A DNA stretch of 64,000 nt from assembly GCA_003645185.1 (NCBI GenBank), contig QNEL01000001.1, forward strand, positions 27-64,026, written 5' to 3'. The notes beneath the pieces were generated by a model. That model was not told the DNA's origin. It did not search any database and worked only from the letters and a program-made list of their open reading frames with translations. Of this stretch, positions 10,459 to 20,600 are shown in pieces. The DNA comes from Candidatus Parabeggiatoa sp. nov. 3. GTDB lineage: Bacteria; Pseudomonadota; Gammaproteobacteria; Beggiatoales; Beggiatoaceae. How positions within the stretch are numbered: the stretch's first letter is position 1; each line of letters begins with the position of its first letter. The translations under genes and the position numbers were made by a program.

Positions 10459-10807
10459 TAAGAAGTAAAAGTAAGCGTAGCACAAGTTAATATATACTGC
10501 CCACCGTTATAACTTGAGTATTGGGTGGTTAGTCACCTTTAGGTGACTTGAGCTTTTAGACAACTGCTTTAGCTGTTGGCCGTTAGAATCAAAAAGCGCA
10601 ATTTATGACAGTGCTAAGTATAAAAGCGAGTGTAGCACGGGTTCGTAGGGTAGAGCGTTAACGCAACCCATACGTATTAACTTAATAAATCTACTTTATT
10701 TTCAATGATTTAAAAAATAGGTTGAATTTTAAACTTAGGCACTGGGGTAGTTGAATAGGATAAAAAAATGAAATAACCTACATTTCGCACATTAACACAC
10801 AAAATTT

Positions 10808-11653
10808 ATGGATTTAAAGTATCACCAAAACACGTTTAATTTACTCTCCTTAAAGCCTATCGTTTCTGAGGAACTCTTGAAATTACTTAATGATGTTGAA
10901 CATCAATACTCAATTTCTATACCGCCTTCTATAAAAGAATGGTATTCCATGAAAGAGGCTATGAACATTCTTAAAACCAGCATCTGGTTTGATGTGCCTC
11001 ACCCACCTCAAGAATGGCATAATGAAGGCCAATTTTGGTGGGGTAATAAACTGTCTCACGATTTATTGAGTGAAGGATTTTTATTGGTTTTGTCAGAAAA
11101 TCAGGGTGTTTGTCACTGGGCAGTCAAATTGGATGGTTCAGACGATCCACCTGTTTTTATAGAAATAGATTCCGTCGATAAGTTTGTTTGGCAACTTTAT
11201 AGCAATAGTTTTTCTGAATTTATATATGATATTGTTTGGAAATTCGTCAAAAAACCGGATCAGATAAAACTGATTGCTTATACACCTACACTAACTCAAG
11301 TTGACTTATCGACTTTGAATCAATATGTTAAAAAACGGCCAACACTAATATATCCAAGAAACGAAAAATTATATCGTTTCCTAGGTGATGCTCAAAGTGT
11401 TGAGATAAGAGAAAAACAAAGGGCTATTTGTATGAGGTGGTGTTTGTCAGCTCAATCTCCTTCATCACTATTTTCTCTTTCTTCCAAAATATGGGATATG
11501 GGTTACCAATTGAATTACTTATTAGTTCCTGAACATGACTTTCTGGGTAATAAAAAAACCACTGAAAAAGAAGTACTTGCTCAAATTAAATTGGCTGGAA
11601 AACTAGCGAAAGAAGTGTCTTGGGACGACTATCAGCAACAATGCAAAAGCTAA
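10808..11653 (+). CDS. SMI1/KNR4 (SUKH)-like immunity protein
   Basis: SIPPSIKEWY, ENQGVCHWAV, DDPPVF and SFSEFI motifs. Confidence 0.75.
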   Translation: MDLKYHQNTFNLLSLKPIVSEELLKLLNDVEHQYSISIPPSIKEWYSMKEAMNILKTSIWFDVPHPPQEWHNEGQFWWGNKLSHDLLSEGFLLVLSENQGVCHWAVKLDGSDDPPVFIEIDSVDKFVWQLYSNSFSEFIYDIVWKFVKKPDQIKLIAYTPTLTQVDLSTLNQYVKKRPTLIYPRNEKLYRFLGDAQSVEIREKQRAICMRWCLSAQSPSSLFSLSSKIWDMGYQLNYLLVPEHDFLGNKKTTEKEVLAQIKLAGKLAKEVSWDDYQQQCKS

Positions 11654-11729
11654 TTCCTACAGGATTTCATAAGTGAGTGTCACAAGGTTAGGATGGGTAG
11701 AGCTTCGCTCCAGCTATCTATGATTTGAT

Positions 11730-11765
11730 AGGGCCAAATTCAGGTTTTGAGTTTGGCCCTTTTTT
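11730..11765 (+). terminator. Intrinsic terminator
   Basis: Stem AGGGCCAAATTCA / TGAGTTTGGCCCT followed by a T tract. Confidence 0.7.
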
Positions 11766-11801
11766 ATGATCTGTAAAAAGAGAATTTCCAAAAAAAGTTC
11801 A

Positions 11802-12210
11802 CACTGTACGATTAAAAACATGAACTTTTCTTTATGTAAAATCAACTACTTACAGATTTCATCATTTTGCATGGTGCTAAATAAACGCGCAAAACCATCA
11901 TACAGTAGTGCGTACATGAGTTAATTATTTTTGTACCGATCTAATTTTTAACGATCTGTACGATTTAAAAAAAAGATGTAAATCAAATAAATAGCTTATA
12001 TCCCTGTTTTGTGCCATAACATTTAGATTTGACAACTTTCGATTGAGAATTGTTATCTGATTGTAAAAGACAAAAATTTAGCGAATCAATAATCTAGCGG
12101 GGAAAATTAAAAAAAACGTTATAAATCAAATAGATTTATGACATTCTTCTCAACAGTGGATTTGACATCATTTACCCATTATCATGGCTACTTTTTTTAA
12201 CCGTACAGTG
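11802..12210. mobile_element. Non-autonomous element with CACTGTACG(A/G)TTAAAAA terminal inverted repeats
   Basis: TIRs at both ends; another copy of one end begins at 44082. Confidence 0.65.
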
Positions 12211-12393
12211 CGAAATTTTCGATCTGTGCGGTTAGAAATCTCAGCCCTAGCTAAAACAGTCGTTTTGCAAAATGAAAATCACTCCCGCTACCCGTGAGTA
12301 CTTTGAACAGCATGGATAACTAATTGAATTTATTGCTTTTAACGAACAGCAATTCTAAGCGCACAGGTAGATATTTTCTTATAGCGGAAAATA

Positions 12394-12885
12394 ATGACTA
12401 ATACCAAACCTTGTTTAAAATTGATATGTGAAATTGATACCGATGACTTTAATGGCATTTCGGGTTTTGATTTGGGTGATATGACCTTAATTGGCGAATT
12501 GGGACAATGTACCTCAAAAGGACATACCCCTGATCAATCAATGATGATTTTTTTATCGCTTCCAGATATTCTTGATGGTATAAGAAAGATCTTATCAAGT
12601 TCAGGGAGAAAACAATACGAATTTGTTGGAATAGATTCTTCATTCATGGTCTTGTTTACAAAAGAGTCGGATGGTCATGTTGTTGTTAATTGTCACAAAA
12701 AAAAGATTTCTATGTTAACAGACAAAGAATTCGCGATTTCTATCTGGAAAGGAGTGCAAAATTTTCTTTTAGAAAAAGGAAGGCTGTTGTTAAAAAATGA
12801 TTTTGCAGTGGAGGATTTATCTTCATCTGTTAACCAATTTGAAATTTTTCTTCATAAGTATGATGTAGAACCCTCGGTTCGATGA
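12394..12885 (+). CDS. Putative orphan immunity protein
   Basis: 163 aa with GFDLGD and FVGIDSSF; context. Confidence 0.55.
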   Translation: MTNTKPCLKLICEIDTDDFNGISGFDLGDMTLIGELGQCTSKGHTPDQSMMIFLSLPDILDGIRKILSSSGRKQYEFVGIDSSFMVLFTKESDGHVVVNCHKKKISMLTDKEFAISIWKGVQNFLLEKGRLLLKNDFAVEDLSSSVNQFEIFLHKYDVEPSVR

Positions 12886-13166
12886 TTCAGATAATAGAAA
12901 ACCAGATTTGGTTATATAAAAATCAATAGGTTATGAATATTACTCAAGTTTAATTAAATTCAAAGGTAAAAAAACGCAACTTATTGTTTTATATAAACAT
13001 AAGAAGCACAGAACCATGAGGTAGATTCTATACAACCCATATAATGTAGCTATGTTTTTGCGGAACGGGATTTGTAATCCCGTTCCGAATGTTTGTCGCT
13101 TGAAAACAAGCTAATTTAGGCTTTTCGTACATCAAGCGTAACATGGCTTCTTGTAGGATGGGGTAA

Positions 13167-14508
13167 ATGCAATCTTTAACAAGCTTTAGTTCTTTAGTTA
13201 ATTTCAAAAGCCTCTTTCCGGCTCTGACGACTGTATACTCGTTAGAAAACGGTAATAAGGAATACGTTTGGAACCTGTCCCAGGTAGACAATCAAGGCCA
13301 GAAAGTTCAACTCAACCTGTTATTTAAAGACTTAACCGAAGGTAAACGACGGGGAGCGGCTACCGAAGCATTCCTGGTTTTCAATAACAGCTTCGCACCT
13401 GATGAACCCGTGCAAGTGCCGCTGACGATTCCCACCTTGTTGGCGACTCGACAAATGCAGATTGTGCCTACCTTGTCAGAAGAACGTTATGGTGCAGAGG
13501 CCCCTGTTGAAATCCAAGTCGAAGTCATCAACGACAGCGATACCGATTTCAATGGCACGCTGGAATTAACCATTGTTGATCAGGATGACAAACCCGTCGC
13601 CCAATTACCGCCGATTGCCGTCACAGATTTAACCGGCCCGGCTTCAGCCTCCTACAACGCGCAATGGAACACCACCACGACGTATGCGGGCAATTACAAG
13701 CTGGTGAGTCGCTTAGTCAATCCAGATAGAACCTATGATGAAGCGGATCGACTATTCGAGATTTTCCATCCCGAAACCAATGCCCTATTGTCTCTGAAAA
13801 CCACCTTGGATAAAGACAGCTATCACAGTTCTGAAGTCATCGTGATTCATCAACGGATAGAAAGTCTCAGTAGCAATACTTTGGTTGATGATGCCCTGAT
13901 CACGGTTACGATCACCGATCCTTCTGGGCAAGTGATTCACACCGAAAATCAAGCGGTTGGGCAACTGCCGCCGAACGGCATCAAAGAAATCCGGATGCCT
14001 TACATGCTCAACCAAGCCAAAAAAGGTATCTACACAGTCAATGTCGTCGTAGCAGACAGCGATACGCAATTGGCCAGTCAAACCACTGAATTTTCCGTGG
14101 AAAACGATCTCAACTTAGCCGTCACAGGCCAAGTTAAAACTTTAGAAGAACGCCTAACAACTGAGCAAACCCAAACCTGTACTCAAACCGTCACTAATGA
14201 AGGCACAACAGACTTGACTGAACTCGCCATACAAGTGTTATTAATGGACTTGGATACCTTGGGCACCGTGCAAACTCACACCGTTGAGTTAAATTTAAGC
14301 CAAGGCAGCAGCCAAAGCTTTGCTTTAAGCTTCGACAACACAAACCAGGTACACAGCGAATCGCATTACGCCTGTGTCTTACAAGCGCAACTTTCAGGTT
14401 TATGGCAAAATACCCGATGCCAACCAAGACGGCCTAGGTGACTTCCTCATCACCTACCCCGACGGCACCCAACAAATCCTATATTATTTAGGCATAACTG
14501 AGGAATAA
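13167..14508 (+). pseudogene. Truncated, internally deleted fragment of a large Ig-like/CARDB-type surface protein
   Basis: Beta-sandwich-like repeats with no signal peptide; out-of-frame tail DANQDGLGDFLITYPDGTQQILYYLGITEE at 14416-14508. Confidence 0.6.
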
Positions 14509-14649
14509 AACTTTTGCGTCTTTTGCGCCTTTTGCGCCTTTTGCGTTTATTTTTTAACAAGGCGTATTTAAAGTCTAGGGGGAAAGCAATATTGCCTTCC
14601 CCCCCCTCTTTCATAACTCCAACAAAATGGAAAAAGGAACCAAAACCCT

Positions 14650-17600
14650 ATGATAAGACTCACCAAAGGCATCGGCTTACTGAGTGGCTTCCTACTAGCC
14701 GCCCACGTCACGGCCGCCGAGCCACCCGACAAAATATTCAAACAGGTTGAAAACCACCTCAACCAACACAACCTCCCCGAGGTAATCCACCAACGCCATC
14801 ACGCGGCCGTAGAACAGTACTCAAAAGGCCAAACTCGTCACGGCCAGCGAGAAGCGTTAATCTTCACCCAACCTGCGGAAACCAAAATCCTCCGTTCACC
14901 CTTTGAAACGGCCGCAGAGTTGCAAAAAATCTGGCCCATAGCACCCCTATCGGCCAATGTACGCGCTCGCCTACCCCGCAAAACACAGCCAAGCCTTGAC
15001 GACTTAGCCGCAACCCCCGTTGTGCAAATCACACCAGAAATCAAGGCCTTAGCAGAAGAACTGGGTAATCAACCCGTCCCCATATTCAATTGGGTTCGGA
15101 ACGAAATCGCCTTCGTTCCCAGCTATGGCGCAATCCAAGGTTCACAACAAACCTTACTCACCCGCCGAGGCAACGCCTTCGACACGGCCAGCTTATTGGT
15201 AGCCCTATTCAGAGCCGCCAACATCCCAGCCCGTTTCGCTTATGGCACCGTCCAAATCCCCGCTTTGCAAGTCATGGAATGGGTAGGCGGAGTCGAAACG
15301 CCAGAATCGGCCATGCAATTGCTCAGCCAAGGCGGCATACCCAATCGCGCCGTGATATCAGGCGGCCGGATCAGCCATTTAATCCTAGAACACCTCTGGG
15401 CAGAAGCCTGGGTTGATTTCATTCCCTCTCGTGGTGGGCGCCATCGCGAAGGTGATAGTTGGATACCCCTAGATGCCAGCTTCAAAATACCCGAAATCAA
15501 TACCGGTTTAGAATGGCAAACCCAACTCACCTTCAATCCCGAAGAAATTGCAGGCCAACTCAAAAACGAAGCGGCCGATTATGACGAAACTGGCCTAACC
15601 CGCTTAGACAACACCGTCTTACAAAACACCTTAGGCACCCAGCAAAACAGCCTATCAGAATGGGTTACAAACCAAGGCATAGAAACTTTAGGCCAGCTAC
15701 TCGGGCAAGCCCAGATTCTGGAACTCAACCGCCCCGTACTCACGGCCAGCTTACCCTACCACCTGATAGCGCGTGTCGATAACCAATCCAGTTTACCGGC
15801 CAGCGTCCAGCATCACTACCGCTTCACCCTCTATGAAAACGCCGCCAAGCGAGCTTCCGGGCAAGCCGCATTAGATTATACCGTCAGCTTACCCCAGTTA
15901 GCCGGCAAAACGCTCTCGCTTTCCTTCCCACCCGCTGCTCAAGAAGATGAAGCCGTCATCAACAGCTTCCTCCCCAGCGGCAACCTGACAACGGCCCAAC
16001 TCCCCAAAAGCCTCCCCGGCTACTTGATCAACCTCAAGGCAGAATTACGGTTAGGCCAAGAAGTGGTAGCCAACGCCGGCCCTTATGTCATGGGTGTTCA
16101 AGGCCTCAGCGAAACCATTTACAGCCCACCCACCTTAAGCCAAGCCCGCAGCCTAAGCCAACCCATAGTCGGAGAATACCGAGCCATCGGCATGGACTTA
16201 CAAGGCGGCCAAGGCCATCGTCTTCAAGCTGTCAGCGAACGTCTCGCTAAAACAGAAGCCGCCCTCAGCACCGAAACGGCCCTCACCCGCCATGAAATCG
16301 TAGGCGATCTCTTGAACGCCAGCCTAGACAGCTACTTTGCAGCCAATGAAGTCTACGACACCTGGCAAGCGCAAATGACTGAAGTCGTCGCACACCGAGC
16401 CCCCTCAATGGGTTGGGCCCGCACCGTGCTCACCACCGACTTCGTCGTAGGCATACCCCAGAAAGTCCAATTCAACGGCATCGCCTTTGAAATCGAACGC
16501 CTAGACAGCATTGCTGTCGGCAAAAACAACACCCAACGCTTCCAACGCCAAATCGGGAAACTAGGTTCCGCCCTAGCCCACCTAGTACTGGAACAAACCT
16601 TTGGGCAAGGCCAGCAAGCCGTATCAGCTTTACGGGCCCAAGCCAGCGCCTTAAAATCAGGGGAACGCATTTACAGCTTAAATCCCGAAACCGCAAAAGC
16701 GATTCTCCCAGAATTAAGCCTAGATGCCAGCGCCCAACACTTTATCGAGCAAGCCCTGCATTTCGGAATGCACGTCACCCTGCCAGAAAACCAGATCACG
16801 CTAGACACTTGGACAGGCCGCGGGCTAGGCAGCGTCTCGCCCAAAACCGGCAACAGCCACTACCCCACCTTCGGCAACGGCGGCCAAGCCACCGGAATAC
16901 TCTACAACGACATCGGCCAACGCCTAGTCTGGGCAAGCCTCCTGAAAAAACCAGTTAGATTAGCGCCCGCGATCAAGCCACAAATCCCGTTTGTGCAATC
17001 CGTAGCCATCGGCCTCATCCCACTGGCCACCGAACCCCTCAAAATCGGCCTAACCGACAAAATCCTCACCCTCCTAACCGGCAATCAAATCGAACAACAA
17101 ACCGGCCCGAATCTACCAGAAGTCCTAGACGAACACCTGTTCAGCGGCTTACTGCTTGAACACCTCTCACTAGGCCAACTGCTCGATCCCGTACCACCCG
17201 AAATCGATCTACAATTAGCCGCCGACAGCATTAATCCCGGTGAAACCCTCCAAATCACCGCCACAGCCAGCGACAATGGCGAAATAACCAACCTCACCGT
17301 CAAAATCAACGACCAGCTTCTACCGCTAGACGACAACGGCCAAGCCACCTTCACCAGCGAACAACCCGGCAAATACAGCCTAATCGTCACCGCAACAGAT
17401 CGTGCCGGCAACATCAGTCGCCAAGAAAGTAGCTTCCGCGTCAACGCCCCAGATGACACCAGTCCCCCAGAACTCGTCATCCACAGCCCAGAAGACGGCA
17501 CAGAAATCACAGCCCCCACAGACTTTGTCGCCACCATTGCAGACGACAGCCTAGTCAGCTGGCAACTTGCCGTAAAATCAGTCAGCAACCCAGGCCTCAC

Positions 17601-20600
17601 GATCTTAGGCAGCGGCAGCGATCCCATCGCAAACCAACCCATCGCCACCTTCGATCCCACCATGCTCACCAACGGCCTCTACCAAGTCATCTTTCAAGCC
17701 GTCGATGCCAATGGTAGAAGTACAGCAATTTCAAATACTTACCGGGTAGCAGGTGATCTCAAAGTCGGCAACTTCTCCTTCACAGTAGAAGACATCTCAA
17801 TAGACATGATGGGCCTCCCACTCAAAGTGCTACGCACCTACGACACCCGTCGCAAAGGAGAAGCACTTGACTTTGGTCAAGGTTGGAGCATCAACTACCA
17901 AAGCATCAAAATCGAAGAATCACGAGTTCCAGGGAAATACTGGACCGTCAACACCTACGGGCGACGTTTCAACAAGAAATTATGCATTGAACCCTTAGGT
18001 TCTCACCAAGTCACCATTACACTGCCATCAGGCAAAGTAGAAACCTTTGAAGTTGGGATATCTCCTGATTGCCAGACCGCTTTTCAAGGCATATCCCGTC
18101 ATGTCAAAGTCGTTTTCAAACCCATAAACGGGACCTTCTCCCAGTTAGAACCCGTAGATACCGACGGGAATATTTATTTTGATGGGAATTCATTGTTAGA
18201 CCCAATGAACGACATGCAGTTCTTCAACCCCAGCCGCTACAAACTCACCACAGAAGCCGGCTATGAATATGAATTGGATGAAAACTTCGGCATCAAAAGC
18301 CTCACCGATCCCAACGGCAACAGCCTGACTTACACTAAGGATGGGATCATTCATTCCGCCGGTAAAAGCATCCTGTTTACCCGGGACGAGCAAGGCCGCA
18401 TCACCAAAATCACCGATCCCAGCGGCAATAACCTGAAATACCAGTACAACACAGCAGGTGATCTGGTAAGTTCCAGCGATGCGTTAGGCAACACAGTACG
18501 TTATACTTACAATAGCACCCACGCCATGACGGATATCATTGATCCGCTAGGCAGAAAAATGGTGCGTAACCTCTACGATGACGACGGCCGATTGACCGGA
18601 CAAATTGATGCCGATGGCAACCGTATCCATTTCAAGCACGACATTGAAGGTCATATGGAAGTGTTTCGTGATCTTCGTGGCTTTACCACTACCTACGTTT
18701 ATGACAACCGTGGAAAAATTGTCACTGAAATTGATGCCAAAGGTAATGCTACCTATCGCAGCTATGATGCAATGGGTAATGAATTAACCCGTACCGATCC
18801 ATTAGGGCGTACCACCAGCTTCAGTTATGATGCTCATGGAAATGTGATCGGCAAAACCTCTCCAGAGGGTTACGTCACCAAAAGTGCTTATGATGAGCAT
18901 GACAATCTGTTAAGAGAAGAAGATGCTCAGGGTAACGTGCTTTCAATGTCTTATGACAAAGAAAACAATTTGCTCAAAGCGACTGATCCGGCCGGCCATG
19001 TCTTTACGCCAGTATATGACAATGACAAGCGTCCAATAGCAACACTGAATGGCCGCGGTAAACCGATTCTGTCATTTACTTTCAACCGTGATGGCAATCC
19101 CATTACCCAAACCGATAGCTTGGGAAATATCACTCGTACCACTTATGATGCTTCTGGGAATGAGCTGAGGAAGCTTAAAACACGCACGGGTGCTGATGGG
19201 AATCGGGTTTCATTCCTCACCACCACTGTTTATGACAAAAATGGTAAGCCAACCCAAACCACCGATGCGGCTGGTTATGTGACTTCTAGCGAGTATGATG
19301 CAGCAGGTAATGTCATCGCAACCTTCGATAAAAACGGCCATAAAACCACATTTGAGTATGATACACAAGGTCGTTTAATTAAGACTGACTATCCAGATGG
19401 GACTTCGACAAGCTCAAGTTATGATGCTTCTGGAAATGAAATCAGTTTCACCGATCGTCAAGGGCGAACCACCCAATACCGCTACGACTACAAAAATCGC
19501 TTGGTAGAAACCGTTCTACCAGACAAAACCTCGACAAGCCGGGAATATGATGCTGTCGGGCGTGTGTTGGCGGAAGTTGATGCTTCTTCCAATCGCACCA
19601 CATTTGAGTATGGCAAAGGTGAGCAACCCATCAAAATCACCAATGCTTTAGAAAAAAGTATCCAGCTCACTTACGATGGGGTAGGTAATCGCACCAGTGT
19701 GACAGATGCTTTGGGTAAAACCACTCGTTTCGAATACGATGGCGTGAGTAGACCAACCAAAGTGCTCTACGCGGATAAGACTTTTACCCAAGTGGTTTAT
19801 GATGACTTAGGCCGTCGTGTTCAAGATATTGATCGAGCAGGAAATGTGACACGTTATGAATATGATGCCGTGGGTCGTCTGACGAAAGTCATTGATGCCA
19901 AAGACGGAGAAACCCGCTATTTGTATGATGAAGTCGGAAACGTTATCAGCGAAACTGATGCCTTAAGGCAAACCACAAGCTGGACTTACGATAATCTAGG
20001 AAGGCCCTTAAGCCGTATCCTACCACTGGGCATGACTGAAACCTTCACCTACGACGGCAATGGTAACGTCCTCACCCATACCAACTTTAATGGTGATACC
20101 ATCCGTTACAGCTATGACAGCAATAACCAGCTAGTCAAGGAAATCTATCCAGATGAAAGTACCATTAGTTACACCTACACCAAAAGCGGCCTACCCGCTA
20201 CTCTAACTGATAGTCGAGGCGTAACGCGCTACAGCTACGATGTCCATAATCAGTTAGTCAAAGTGGTTCATCCCCAAGGGACTACCCTTTTGTACAACTA
20301 CAATGCCAACGGCAATCGAACCTCGGTCACCACCCCTTCTGGCAAAACGACTTACACTTATGATAAACGGGGCAGCCTTAAAACCGTCATCGATGCCAAT
20401 GGTGGTGTGACAAGCTACAGCTATGATGTGCTGGGTAACTTAACCAGTGAAACTCGTCCAAACGGCACCCTCACCCAGTACCATTACGATACAAAGGGCC
20501 GTCTGGTCAAAGTAGAACATCTCAACTCGGATAGAAGTGTCATTGGCAGTTACGAATACACGCTGAATCTTCTTGGCCACCCAACCCAAGTGATTGAACC

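Noticed and set aside
6833-12885. Classical integron
   Set aside because: No tyrosine integrase, and no consistent RYYYAAC..GTTRRRY attC structure could be read.
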